A stretch of DNA of 64,000 nt. It comes from Glaucostegus cemiculus. Taxonomy: Eukaryota. The stretch covers positions 3,224,001 through 3,288,000 of the forward strand of contig CDPCPM010000060.1 in assembly GCA_976551045.1 (NCBI GenBank). The letters are read 5' to 3'. The position numbers were made by a program, and so were the translations under genes. Position 1 is the stretch's first letter. Each line of letters opens with the position of its first letter. Shown here piece after piece: positions 1 to 13,119 of this stretch. The notes below the pieces were generated by a model that worked only from the letters and a program-made list of their open reading frames with translations, did not search any database and had not been told where the DNA came from.

Positions 1-490
1 TTTGAAGTCCCCATAAGACACAAGTCAGGAGTTGACTGGAATACTCTCCACTTGTTTGGAAGTGTGTAATTCCAACATCTCCTAACAGGACCAATCTGCC
101 ATCTTGATTTGCACCACATACATCACTCTGAGCATTCACTCTTTCTGCAACCAATCCACCATTATTATTTATTGAGTATACCATCTACAACATGCACAAC
201 AGGTACTTGCTTAGGCTACAGTGAGAGCTCTATCATAAATCCACAAAAGACCAGAAACATTACAGCCAGGAGGTTCCCACTGAAATGGCACATCATCATT
301 AATTGGAAGCATATCACTGCTGCTTTGTTATTACTGGGAATAAATTCTAGAACCCCCTTCAAAATTACTTTGAGAATCTTCACCAAAAGGTCTTCCCTGG
401 TTCAAGAAGTTTGCACACCATGACCTTTTCAAAGTCAATTAGGGTATGATGATAAATGTTGGCTTTGGATCCACATCCTGTAAAAAGAAA
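1..490 (+). mobile_element. Old degraded LINE (CR1-clade) 3' end
   Basis: Similar to the tail of 23350-24420 (agtcagga..tg..ggaata..cctggatgagt) and ends in an A-rich run; no intact ORF. Confidence 0.45.
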
Positions 491-679
491 AGTAATTATA
501 TCAGGCTTTGTAATGGTAATCAAATGAGACTAAGTGATGATAAATAAAATGTGGGAAATGAAACTCTTTCTCAATGTTGGGTTGGATTGATTTGATCTGT
601 GCTGCTTTCCTCTAGAATTGAGTTGTGTTGGTAGTATAACATAGCTGGGCTTCTCAAACCAAGATGTGCATTAACAGCA

Positions 680-1350
680 ACAACTTGTATTTTACTGTTT
701 TGTGTGGTAGAGCACCACTACATGCATCACAGGAAACTTATCTGACAAATGTGATGTAAACGCACTAAAGGATATATTGGGCAGAATACCAGAAACTAAC
801 AAGTATCTGAAAAGGAAGGAAAGTGGAGGAGCTTAGGAGGGAAGGACTTGATCTCATGAACTTGGCTGCTGAAGGCACATTGCTAATGCCTCGGCAACTG
901 CATTCAGAGATCCTCACAGGCAGAATTAGAGGAGCACAAACACCTTGAGGAACAATAAGTCGTGGAGAAGGTTAAAAGTAAGGGGATTTGAAAATATCAG
1001 CTGAGAATTTTACATTCTAGTAGGAGTTGCTTGTTGGGAAGTAAGAAAATACAGTGAGCCCAGAAGTAATAGGTGAATAGAACAGGCAGCAGAGTTTTGG
1101 ATGACCTCAAGTTTACATCAGAAGACTGGCAGGAGCCTGATGTACCAGTCAAGGTGTAAGGAATAAAGATATAGATTGCAGTTTCAGCAACAGGTGACTG
1201 AGCTAGAGGTAGAGTTAGACTGTCATAGAGGTGGAATCAGGTGGTCTTGGTGCAGATGTGTGGATTGAACCTCGTCTTGAGGTCAGATCTGACTTCAAAT
1301 TTACAACAACTTGGTTGATTTTCAGCTTGTTGCCAGGAAGTCGGTGGTTC
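680..1350 (-). mobile_element. Degraded L2-type LINE 3' fragment
   Basis: caacttgtattt...cacagg tail shared with 59660-59900 and with the DeuSINE tail. Confidence 0.4.
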
Positions 1351-1454
1351 TTTGGTATCATCATTTTTAGTTCTTAACCACCAACTCCAGGAATGTATTT
1401 TTAAATATATAATTTTGCAGCAGCATGTTAATTGATTGTTTTCTTTCCTTTTAG

Positions 1455-1604
1455 TGGAAACGTGAGCAAGAGTTTGATATGCAGTTATTAGAAAAAGCAG
1501 TGAAGGGAGAGCATAATAGTGTTCAGGATGGATTAACAAAGTCAGTGCCACTGATGGAAGCTGATGTGGAGCCTCTAGACTACAATTTGGATCTCAGCAA
1601 AGAG
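1455..1604 (+). CDS. PLEKHA7: PLEKHA7 internal coding exon (WKREQEFDMQLLEKAVKGE...EPLDYNLDLSKE); upstream exons lie outside the window
   Basis: Acceptor ttctttccttttag at 1454 and donor GAG|gtaata at 1604; 150 nt, phase 0/0. The peptide resembles the recalled PLEKHA7 C-terminal region (WKREQDFDLQLLE...LEPQDYDLDISRE). Confidence 0.9.
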
Positions 1605-2784
1605 GTAATAACGCTGCATTATAGCACCTGCAAAACTTCCAAGCACCAAAAATCAGTGGAGATCTTGGTTATTTACATAGCATTTTTCATAAGCTCAGGT
1701 CTCCAAGCCCTCAATGAAGTTTTTTTTTCCTCGTGTAGACACTTTTTTGTACAAATGTAGTAGCATATTTGCACATACCCTTTCTTCCAAGGGGAGTAAG
1801 AGATAAATGACTAGATATTCTGACTGAAGATTAAATGTTGCCATATAAGGAGTTCCTTCCAATGACTTGTCTTCAGTGGCAACAGCATTGTATTTCAAAT
1901 GCCTATGTAACTACCCATATTTGTGTTCTTCTGAACTCTTTCAAAGGATGTAGTGCTAACAGCAGATACAGTGGATTAAATGTACGGAAATCTGGAACCT
2001 CTGTTTAAACTATAAAATATGTTCTGATACCCTTCCTTTCCTGTGTTCTGTGTTTCACACTACTTTAGGATGATCCACAGTCCAACAGTCTGTTTTGTTT
2101 TCTTGGCATCCTATCTTTGGAGTACTAGCCATGAATACTTTTAATTTCCTTTTGCAAAATCCCACCTCCAAAAAAAACCTTTATTAGCAAAAGATTTAAA
2201 CATTAAACTAAATCAAATCACAATTTCTGTCTGAGGTTGTGGCCTTAGAACTCACAGGACTGGAATGTTTTAATCAATTTGTAATTTGTTGTGCACACAT
2301 GCCTCTGTGATTTTATTTTCTCTGGTAGAGTTTTCAGGTTAGTGGTTTGAATTAATGCAGTAGTTACACAGTATACATCTACTTGTTCTCAACATTTACT
2401 TCACTTTTATATGAAGTACATGGTTTACAAAATGAGCAATTTCTTTAAGGGAAATGGAAAATTTACACAATTTGGTCACTCATTGTCTGCATCAAGTCAT
2501 TCAAGCCAAGTCATTTGCAGAACCTAACTTGGCATAACCAATGTGCCTCAACTTTAGAACAGCCACTTTCACACCAGGGATAATTTCCACACGTCTTTCT
2601 TGCTCAGATGGAATAATATTTCACTTGTCCAAATTACTTTCACCCTGAATCCTTTATAAATGGTAGAAGATGGAGATGTTTACTTAAGTCAAATGTGCTA
2701 AATTTAAATCTGAGTTCCAAAATGCTTTTGTCTATTTGGTCTATCCTTCCATACTATTGTTAATTTGATCCTTTGTCTTTTTAG

Positions 2785-2918
2785 TTATCCAAGCCAGACA
2801 TGGTTCTAATTCCAGAACGCTACATCGAAATGGAGCCTGAGGAACCACTCACCTATGAAGAATGCGAGGCAAGGAGACGCAAGGTGCAAAAAATCAAAAA
2901 TATTCTTGCCAAATCAAG
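2785..2918 (+). CDS. PLEKHA7: PLEKHA7 coding exon (LSKPDMVLIPERYIEMEPEEPLTYEECEARRRKVQKIKNILAKS)
   Basis: Acceptor ttgtctttttag and donor AG|gtactg; 134 nt, phase 0/2. Open and in frame with the previous exon, and contains the IPERY motif of the PLEKHA5/6/7 C-terminus. Absent from the ORF track because it has no in-frame start. Confidence 0.92.
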
Positions 2919-3299
2919 GTACTGGTAAATAAATGCATGATTTTCACTGTCTTTATTCGGGTACTCAAAGAATGCATATCTGTTAAAGAAAGCTCTTGAA
3001 CTTTAGTGCTGGGCCTACTGAACAATGTTTGATCTGTTGAGTAGAATCCAAAAACACTTAACTACATCAAAATACACCACACGTGCTCTTATTTATCATC
3101 TTCTCATCTTCATCTTTATCATCATCTCCTGATGGGAAAGCAACGCTGGATTACTTAGAACCCCTGTTTTTAGATTATCTAGTACCTCTGTTTGGGACAC
3201 AGCAGTTGGTATATAAAATCATGAAATGTAGAAGAAATATTTTAATTAAATCGGTGATAAATATGTGGAACATTATTCATATAAAGGTATGAGAACAAG

Positions 3300-4320
3300 A
3301 TTAAATAACAACGAGGGATTGAATGGGCTGGGAATGTTTTTCTTGGCGTGGCGGTGGCTAAGGGGGTAACTTGAGAAATTTATAAAATTATGAGGTGTAA
3401 TCAGAATCAGTTTTATTGTCACAACCATATACATACATAGTATGCATAGGAGCGAGATACCGTCCTCCTCAGGTGCTCGTCCCATAAAATAATATAACAA
3501 CCAACAGAGACACACATACACACTTGACAGAATAAACATTACAAAACATTAGACATTAAAAGCTACGGAAGTTAAAATTAAATTAGTACGCAGATTAAAT
3601 TAAAAATGGCCGGTAAATAAATAAATAGTTCTTAAAGTGAACGGGCTGGTGTCGGGCATTTAAAGTGCTGGTGCATTTCTGTGCACCTAGCATCTCTTAG
3701 TGTTAACAAAGGAAGATGGAGGGATGGGAGGGTTTGCAGGTCTGATGGCTTGCGGAAAGAAGCTATTGTTCAGCCTGGACGTTCTTGCCCTGATACATTT
3801 AAGCCTCCTCCCTGATGGCAAAATTTTGAAGAGGTGGTGGGAGGGGTGAGAAGGGTCGGCCATTATGCTTTTGGTCTTCCTCACACAACGGTCTTTTTAT
3901 ATGTCTGCGAGGGATGGAAGCGAGACACCTATGATCCACTCCGCAGCTCTAACTATCTTCTGGAGGGACTTCCGCCCAGCAGCTGAGCAGCTTCCAAACC
4001 AAACAGTGATACATTGACACCAAACAGTGTAGATAGTCAACCTAAAACTGGAAGGCCTAGGTTTAAGGCTAGAGGGGAACGATTTAAAAGGGAGCTGAGA
4101 GGCAAATTTTTCACACACAGAGTAGTGGGTACATGGAACCAGCTACCTGAGGGGGTGGTGGAGGTAGATACAATTATAACATTTAAAAGACATTTAGGCT
4201 GGTAGATCAATGGGAAATGTTTAGAGGGATATGGGCTAAAAGCAGCAAATGGGATTAGTGTAGGTAGGCATGGACAAGTTGGGCCAAAGGGCCTGTTCCT
4301 GTGCTGTATATCTCTGTGAA
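3300..4320 (+). mobile_element. CR1 LINE 3' fragment interrupted by a Rex1/Babar insertion
   Basis: Encodes ..LGMFFLAWRWLRGNL.. before 3400 and RFKARGERFKRELRGKFFTHRVVGTWNQLPE after 4027, followed by a CR1 tail (ggccaaagggcctgttcctgtgctgta). Confidence 0.85.
3400..4028 (-). mobile_element. Rex1/Babar-type LINE, 5'-truncated copy 1
   Basis: DPSHPSHHLF.ILPSGRR...RTSRLNNSFFPQAIR C-terminus; (ATTCTG)n tail; near-identical to 4594-5404. Confidence 0.88.
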
Positions 4321-4593
4321 TCGATCAAAATATAAGAAACAGTAATGGGTTTCTGTAAAGAATTACATTTTGAGAAAAAAATAGAATTGTGAATGTATAA
4401 GTAAATACAATTTTAGGAAGTGTACAAGTAGGATTTTGTGTTGTTGTTACTCAAGTTAGAGTCTATAGAACTTTGAATCAAAATATTCTGGAACCTAAAG
4501 AATCTAATGGGATTCCAGTGTCACTGATCTTTTCCTAATTAAGTTGTACTTGTGCAAGCTCAGTATCTATTGAAGATATACCTCAGTGTCCAT

Positions 4594-5404
4594 ATCAGAA
4601 TCAGTTTTATTGTCACAACCATATACATACATAGTATGCATAGGAGAGGACCTGGCTGTGTCCTCCTCAGGTGCTCGTCCCATTAAATAACAACCAACAG
4701 AGACACACAGACACACTTAACAGAATAAACATTAAAAACCATTGAACATTAAAAACTATGGAAGTTAAAATTAAATTAATACGCAGATTAAATTAAAAAT
4801 GGCCGGTAAATAAGTAAATAGTTATTAAAGTGAACGGGCTGGTGGCGGGCATTTAAAGTGCTGGTGCATTTCTGTGCACCTAGCATCTCTTAGTGTTAAC
4901 AAGGAAGATGGAGGGATGAGAGAGTTTGCAGGTCTGATGGCTTGCGGAAAGAAGCTATTGTTCAGCCTGGTCGTTCTTGCCCTGATACATTTAAGCCTCC
5001 TCCCTGATGGCAAAATTGTAAAGAGGTGATGGGAGGGGTGAGAAGGGTCGGCCATTATGCTTTTGGTCTTCCTCACACAACGGTCTTTTTATATGTCTGC
5101 GAGGGATGGAAGCGAGACACCTATGGTCCTCTCCGCAGCCCTAACTATCCTCTGGAGGGACTTCCGCCCAGCAGCTGAGCAGCTTCCAAACCAAACAGTG
5201 ATACATTGGGTTAGGATGCTCTCAATGGTCCCTCTATAGAAGGTTTTCATGACGGAGGGATGGGAGTTCGCTTTCCTCAGTCTCCGCAGGAAGTAGAGGC
5301 GTTTCTGAGCTTTCTTCTTGAGGGCCGTAATGTTAGTGGACCAGGTCAGGTCATCAGTGATGTGCACCCCCAGGAACTTGGTGCTGCGTACTTGTTCCAC
5401 AGCA
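4594..5404 (-). mobile_element. Rex1/Babar-type LINE, 5'-truncated copy 2
   Basis: KFLGVHITDDLTWS..KKAQKRLYFLRRL..FYRGTIESILT (RT C-terminal region) plus the same 3'UTR and tail. Confidence 0.9.
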
Positions 5405-6365
5405 GGTAACACAAGTGGATTTTGTCAGTTTTTGAACTAGTTTAGATTAGTATCAGTAGATTAATGTGAGACAATGAAAGGGCCACACACCTACCTCTCC
5501 CTCCCATACCCCTACCACTTATTTTCAAGATGGAATTCATGAAAGTAAGACTGTGAAAGAGCAGATGGAAATCTCACTGTCCAAGCTGGTTCTGCAAGGT
5601 CTGGCCCATTGAGATGCTTTGTATTTTAGTGAATAGACCTTGGGGTCAGAAGGGATGTCTGGGGTTGCAGTTGGTTCACACTCAGCATGGATGCTCTTGT
5701 CTGGATGGAGCATCCATGGCTAATATTTTGGAACCTGGAGGAGACGCCATTTGTCCACTGTCCCACAGAAATAGGACAAGTTGCTGTGGGGTTTCTGTTC
5801 AATGGAAACAACACAATCCTCTGGGTTTAGAGAATTTCAAACATTTACAACCCTTACTATAATGGAAATACTGAGCTCAGGCTGAGCCCTCATCCTAACA
5901 TTATGCACTTTCGTTCTTGGTTCTGCAGCCAAAGGACATTTTCCCTACCAAACAAAACCAAAGGGGAGTTTGGGGAGAGCAATTGTTGGTGGTGGCATAA
6001 GGCAAAGGCACTTTGTCTGCTTACTGTCCTTGAATGTTTCAATGCAGTACTTTTGTTGGTGCCCCACAAAAGTCAATTGCTCTCTGTCTGCAGACCCACA
6101 TCTGCCACTTTATCAATTCCAACTGTCCTACACAGCCAGGTCCTCTGCATATCCACCCGAATCACTATCACTCGTTGGCCCTTGAACTTGTCATTTTCCT
6201 CTCATGAGATGATGTGCCCTTGCCAGAGAAACATCCCACTCCCTGATCCCCAGTGGCTGAGTTGGTGGCAGGAAGTGAATGTGATATGTAACAGCTGTGA
6301 TAAGAATTGTGTTGTATTCTGAGAGGTCACATTCAGAATTGTTCTTTTTTTTTCCTATGCATCAG

Positions 6366-6505
6366 TTTTCAGAATATGCAGACAGGAGTTAACAGCAGAG
6401 AGAGCACAGCTGATCTAGATTCACATCTGCAGGAACAGGAACGTATTATCACCATGTCATATGCATTAGCATCTGAAGCTTCCCAGCGCAGTAAACTGGT
6501 AGCAG
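6366..6505 (+). CDS. PLEKHA7: PLEKHA7 coding exon (SFQNMQTG...DLDSHLQEQERIITMSYALASEASQRSKLVA)
   Basis: T-rich tract plus atcag acceptor, donor CAG|gtaaat; phase 2/1 fits the neighbouring exons. QEQERII..SYALASEASQRSK is characteristic of PLEKHA7. Confidence 0.92.
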
Positions 6506-7010
6506 GTAAATGCCACCTTTCTGATATTAACACATTATACCTAGAAATAAAATTGCTTTTTTTTTAATGTATCAACAATTAAGAAAGAAGATTTAGAAAA
6601 GCTTTCTGATGCCTTAATGGTGGTGCAAATGGAGGTTAAGCAATTCTTGAATGCTTTTTGCATATTAGTTGTTGGTCAGTAACAGAGTGGAATAGAGAAA
6701 ATCAGATAAGCAAGCTACTTGTCAGCTGGGGAACAATAATATATTAAAATTGATTCATTTATTTTCTTTCATGATTGCACTAAACAATGATAGAATTGGC
6801 TTTGAAATAGAAATTCAAAACTTCAAACTCAAACTATGTACAGTATATAAAGTGTTCGCAGGAGTTAATTATTTTCTAAGTGAGGTCTGAAAGGAATTGC
6901 TTCTGACAGTAGTCTCATCTGTCCACTTAGATAGATGTGAGCTGATGGAATAAGAGCCGTTTATTTTATTTCTCAGTCAGTCACGTGGTAGTAATTGACC
7001 ATGAGAATCT

Positions 7011-7616
7011 TACAGAGTTATAGAGCAATACACCATGGATACAGGCCCTTTGGCCCAATGAGTCTATGCTAACCATGGTGCCAACTCAGCTAGTCCCAAT
7101 TTTCTGTGTTCAGCCCATATCCCTCTAAGCTCCACCCCTCAATATTCCAGTCCAAGTGCTTCTTAAATGAAACTATTGTACCTGCCTCAACCACTTCCTC
7201 TGGCAGCTCATTCCATTTACTTAACGCCATCTGCGTGAAAAAGTTGCACCTCAGGTCCCTTTTAAATCTTTCTCCTCTCGCCCTAAATCTATGCCTCTTA
7301 GTTTTGGGCTGCCCTACTCTGGGGTAAAGACTATTACCATCCACCTTATCTATCCCTTTCATAATTTTAAACAATTCTATAAAGTCACCTGTCATCCTCT
7401 CATGTTTCAAGAAATAAAGACCTAGCATGGCCAATCTCTCCCTTTGACTCAGGCCCTTCTAGTCCTGGCTGCATCCTTGTAAATTTTTTCTGCACACTTT
7501 CCAGTTTAACCACATCTTTTCTATAAAGGGGTGACCAAAACTATACACAGTGCTCCAAGTGTGGCCTCACCAACACTTATACAACTGCAGCATAATTTCC
7601 CAACTCCTATACTCAA
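7011..7616 (-). mobile_element. CR1 LINE 3' fragment
   Basis: ORF 7090-7434 (RFKRDLRCNFFTQ..WNELPEEVVEAGT) and a CR1 3' tail. Confidence 0.88.
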
Positions 7617-9616
7617 AGGAAGATGCAGGGCTTTGGTTGACTCTTTCTCTCATTCTAGCCTGAGCAGCGCCAAAGTCAATTACATCAGTCATATTGATCA
7701 AATCCAGCTGCTAGAACTAATGGTATATTTACCATTAAAACCACCTGTGGAATGATTGGGAGTTTTTTTATTTTATAAATATCTCCAGTAACCTATGAAG
7801 AATTAACCATATGAAAGATAAACTGATTCTTTTTATCACTAAACACTAAGGAATGCACTTATGTTAACTTAAAACTATCATGTTATACTTATGTTATACT
7901 TAAAACTATCAATCAATTACTTATTTAGACTAGAAAGGCCATAAGATTTAAAAAAGTGGAAATATAAAACTGAAGCAATTGGTGTTGATTGGTATATATT
8001 TAAGTTGATCAGTTTTGATGGAATAAAGCAGTAGGTTTATCCCATTGAAGGCTTTTCTTCTGTTTTGTCAATTTCACTGCCTTCAACATTGTACTTACCA
8101 AATGCATGATTTCTCATTAAATGATTATTGAATTCTGTTGTTGTGTTTCTTTACATTGTAAAATCTTACCAGTAACCTCTCTCAGCTTGCTTTGGACCTT
8201 AGAATTATAAACTGTCCTTTGAAATCGTTTGTAAATCCACACACTGCTCTCTCAAGGTTTGTGCTCTTGAAGTACAATTTTGTGATAAAACATTTCTCAT
8301 CACTTTAAGAATCTGCACTTATTTCCTACTACTTCCCCTTTTCTAACCCAATGCAATCCACTTTGCTATTCACACCCTGATTTCAATGCCCTTAAAACTT
8401 CCGCAAAGCTTTCCCATACATTAAAGGCTTTACTGTAATGCTATGCATCACCACCTCAACTGATTCCTTTAGGATTGTGACACAATACTCCTTTCTGAGA
8501 TTTTGCAGACTAAGGTACATTTTTTCTGCATCCTGGTATTTATGAATTAAATCTACACTTAATGATTTCAAAAATTTTCTTTGCAATTTTAGTCCCTAAT
8601 ACCTTACTGAACACTTTGGCAAATAAGTTTTAATTTTAATGGGACAGTTGAAAGTTGCAGTTAAATTTTTCCATTTACTTTCTTTCAAACCTCTACATTT
8701 TATCTATGTAAACAATATTTACATGTTAATTTTGGTCACTTGTACAATTGGTTACAAAATTATCCTGACCAAGAGAGATTAGCCTTCAATTGAAATATGT
8801 CACAACCCTTGTGTTAACTGCTTGCACAGATAATTTATTTTCTCACATGTCCCACATTAACTCTTCCTGTCAAGTTCCTTCTCTCCATACTGTTCCCTTC
8901 CACAATTACTGTTACTTTACAAAGGCATACTCATTTGGGTGCTTGTAAGGACATGGAAGGTTGCTACGGACCATGCCAATTTACAGTCTGCAGGCGGTGA
9001 GAAGCATTTGGTAAAGGAGCAGAATTTTATGGCTCCCATATCTTCAGCAGGAGTAGGGAGCTCAGGATTTGAGTGGTAGATTGAGATGAGTAGTAGTGAA
9101 AATTCTGGTAACAAAAGTTGTTCCCTATTCCAAGCTGCCAACTTAGGGCTCTGATGTACTGCAATATAATATATCCAATTAGAGTTTGTTTAGATTTTTA
9201 CATTTTAAAGGAGTTCAGTTTTTAATACTCCAAATATCAGTAGATATTGGATGAGAATGAAATTGTGATCGGATGCAGTTACTGACTTCCTCTGAATTAT
9301 GCCCGCATGAGCATATTACTAGTAGTTACTGGTGCTTGTGTAACTTCCACCAATGTGAATCAGTAGATTATTTTATACTGTGAGAGTTTTAATGATATGA
9401 ACATTTTAACTTTTATGGTTTATATAGTGCTGTACATAAATAGTGATTACAGTTGAGTGAGGGTTGCATGTGGACATTTATTAAAATAACTAATTTGTTT
9501 CCAAACATAACCAGAAATGATAGTATTGAAACTGTAAATTGGCTGTCATTGTCTTGTTGCTAACTTTAGTCTTTAACAGTTTTTGTCCTTGTCTCTCTGT
9601 GTATGATCCCTTTCAG

Positions 9617-9699
9617 CGCAACAGCAGGTCCATCCATCTTCAGCACCTTCCCCTCCACACTCCCCTCTAAGCAATGGATTCCACTACACATTTGTCTAA
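9617..9699 (+). CDS. PLEKHA7: PLEKHA7 C-terminal exon A (AQQQVHPSSAPSPPHSPLSNGFHYTFV*)
   Basis: Acceptor ccctttcag at 9616; phase 1 joins exon 6366-6505; stop TAA at 9697-9699. The ending matches the recalled PLEKHA-family ...NG.HYTFV terminus. Confidence 0.85.
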
Positions 9700-10605
9700 G
9701 CAAAGTAAGAACTAACAACTTTTAACATAATTTCCTCAGCTTTAATTGATAGTATGTCTTGATTGCAAAGTTAATTTTATACATTGTACTAAGTATGCCT
9801 TCAATAATGTAATTGGATGTTGAAGGTTAACCAACAAGACTGATACTGAGCAGAATATTGCATCATGGTGATTGACTAATTGCTTTCTATTCAAGTAGTC
9901 CTGATAAGTTAACACTGGTCAGATTTTTTAAGTGAACTGTATGTAAAATGGGTGTGTGCCTGATCCTGCTTTTTAGCTTTGAAAGATTCTGTAAAGTCAT
10001 GGCAATGATTTGGCATGCAGTACTTAACTGAGATATGCTACATTTTTACTTAAGTTTTGGAGCTCTGTCAGGGCAAGTAGAAGTTGTGCAGAGAAATAGT
10101 GATCTTAGGTATTAGTAAAATGGAGATCTTGCATTATGTAAGGGAGAGAAGGTGGGGAGGGAGAGAGAGAGAGAGGATTGTGTGGGGGCAGGAGAGCTGA
10201 GTATTGAAATGGAGCCATAGGTAGAAGTGAGAAAAATTGCTTGTTAGACCATGATTTTTATTTTGGCGCTATTCAATATGTTATGTGAACTAGGTATGAG
10301 AATAGTAAGTAAATCTTGGGTGAAGTTGTAGACTCATTGACATTTCTGTTGGAGAATTCCACTTATTTAAATCCAATCTTCTGAAAGCCATAAAAATGTT
10401 CAGTAGTGTAATGGTTATCTTGTATTTTAGGTTGCTGTCCAGTGACAATATCTGAATGCTAATTTGGAAAATGTGTGCAGTGCATAAATTTAGTTTCAGC
10501 TGCTTAAAACTTGTCTTGTTCTGCAAGGTTGAAACTTGTGGTTCTGCCCTGCAGCTTTCACCAGTTTGTGAATGAGTTAGTTAATTTCAACCCAAGTGAA
10601 TCAGT

Positions 10606-11085
10606 GAAAAACACGATGACTCTGGAGGAACTCCGTAGGCCAGGCAGCATCCGTGGAGAAAAGCAGGCAGTCAACTTTTTGGGTCAGGAGCCTTCTTCGG
10701 GACCGAAGATAGGAAAAGGAGAAGCCCAATATACAGGAGGGAAAAGCAGAATAGAACCATAGAACAATACAGCACAAAACAGGCCCTTTGGCCAACCAAG
10801 TTGTGCCGTCCTTCAAATGTCACATGATCTAACTCTTTCCTCCCACATATCCCTCTATTCCACATTCCTCCATGTGCCTAATCTAACAATCTCTTGAACC
10901 TGTCCAATGTATCTGCCTCTACCACCACCCCAGGCAGCGCATTCCATGCATGCAATAGTGATAGGTGGACAAAAGTGGGGAGGTGGGGTGGGCACAAAGA
11001 GGTGATAGGTAAATGCAGGTAAGAGGTAGTGATAGGCAGGTGCGGGGAGGAGGGGAGAGCAGATCTACCAGGGAGTGGGTCACTG
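10606..11085 (-). mobile_element. Penelope-derived pLTR fragment with a nested CR1 3' tail (about 10751-10950)
   Basis: ctggaggaactc..ggcagcatc.gtggag head shared with 38581 and 43983, interrupted by an atagaaccatagaacaatacagcac CR1 tail. Confidence 0.65.
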
Positions 11086-12575
11086 GGGGATAGTAAATTG
11101 ATGTTGTGGCAACGTCTCTTGTGCCTGCTTAATTTTAATTGAAGACTATTCTAAATGGTAAATAATTCCTCCTTAATATACAAGCTATGAGTTTTCTCTT
11201 TCTGTATGTCACCCAACACTAAGTCTAATGCTGCACCTCTGTCTAGTGTCTGCTTTGCCAGACTGTTCTGTGCCACTTCTCTCTGTGTTGTTCCTCTTCT
11301 CTCCCCTCCATTTCCCTCTCCATTCCACTGTGGATGTCCTGAGCCACAGATGAGAAAAAGCAGCATTGATACGCCAGCCTTAGCAAAGAATTTTATAGCT
11401 GAGACTTCCTATTGTTTTAAAAATAATGGAGTGTTAGCAAGTCCACTGAAAGGAGTAGAGAGCTGGCCAGAGTCAGCAAAGGAGATGGATCATCTTTTAG
11501 AAGTAATCTGTTTTGCATGCCATTTCTTTTCCGTTTCATTCTCTCTGCATTTCACACCAGAAAAGGTCGAGCAAGGAGCCAACCTGTTTCTAAAGATCTA
11601 CCAGGGTTTTGTGACAGATCACATCAACATAACACAGGAGGGTGGCCTGTTCCAAGTAATCCTTCTGACAGAGTGCTTTTAAAGTTGTAATTTAGCCCCA
11701 TTTTTTTAGGGAGAGAACAAGATTTTTTTTGAATATGAGCATCATATTGTGGGATCACTCATGCTCAAAGTTAGCGACACAATCATCTAAAAACATCATA
11801 AAATGTAAAATACTGATAAAGTTGTAATCTACTTTCAGGCAAATAATGGAGAAAAGTTAATTACCCCTAAGGTATATTCCACCTGTGCTTTTATTTCATC
11901 ATTAGTAATGTGTATAATACTTCCTCTTATTGTTTGATTTGTAATTTTCTTGGGCAACTTTAAAGTAACTGGGTTTACCTTATAGTATTTAATATTGTAT
12001 GAACTTCTGTGTGCTGATTTAATTACTGCCTTTGTGCCTATTGGATTTCTCAATCTGCTCTTCCCTGCATCCTTTTTAACACTGGTATAGCTTTCTTCAT
12101 GTGGTATATGAACAAAAACTACGTAAGCGTCATCTTAACATTAAGTATTATTTTTGAAATTAATAGAAGTAATTCTGTATCAACAAATTTGCAAGGCAAA
12201 GTTACGACAAAAATGTTTGACGATCTTTTTTGATCTTGAGTTGGAGATGAAGGAGCCACGTGCCTCGTACATACTGATGCATATAGCACTGCCACAATGA
12301 TGGATTTTGATTCTGCCTCCATCATTATTCTGTATGTTTGATAAAGTAAATATTTACTCGATAATTTAGTTATAATCGTGAAGGTGGTGACCCTAAGTCA
12401 AAAGGCACATTGAATTCTTCAGATCCTCTAATTGTCTGATCATTGCAGTGGAATGAGGAATTTAAACTACCCGCAATATTTCTCTTTATTTGAAGCATGA
12501 GGAAATGGTGAGAATTTGAAGCCGTTTGTACATTCGATGGTTGTGTTTTATTGTTTCATGTCAGGTTATGTTGTG

Positions 12576-12589
12576 GTGCCATCTGGTGG
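12576..12589 (-). promoter_or_regulatory. CTCF core motif
   Basis: The - strand reads CCACCAGATGGCAC, matching the CCASYAGRKGGCRS consensus. Confidence 0.6.
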
Positions 12590-13119
12590 TGGTAGAGCAA
12601 AGTAAATGAAACCTCTGTGGGAAATTAATTATATCATTGGAACGACAAATTCTAAGTTTTAAAATGTGTTCGAGAGTTACGCTATGAAATCCAGATGATA
12701 TGACTATCTTGTGATAGATTGAAAAAGATTTGTTTTTCTGTGCATAGCATTATGAACTCATAACCCGAGATTGCTTTCGGTTAAATAATGTTCCTTCATC
12801 GGTCATGATAATCACAGCAGGTTTATATTAATAAAAATCATTACATGGTTCATTATAAGCAGTCAAAAGGGAATAATAAGATATTTGTGCAATTTTAAAA
12901 TTTAATTTTAATGCTCTAATACTCTTGTTAATATCAAATTCAGAAGCCATGATTGTATAGACCTTGCATATTGTTGTTCAGAAATGGAAAGTTGAAACTA
13001 GAAACACACCCTGGTTATTTGTTTATCTCTGCAGTGTCAACTTGTCAAAGCCTGAAGAGATTTGACAGTTTTGCAAGAACTGGGACAGTGGGACAGAAGG
13101 TGCAGCAACCTTAAAACTC

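Noticed and set aside
1479-1760. ORF-track starts and ends for PLEKHA7 pieces (also 6307-6567)
   Set aside because: These are internal exons read through into introns; the true boundaries are set by the splice sites.
7857-7915. Short AT-rich duplication (acttatgtta..cttaaaactatca x2)
   Set aside because: Ordinary replication-slippage duplication.
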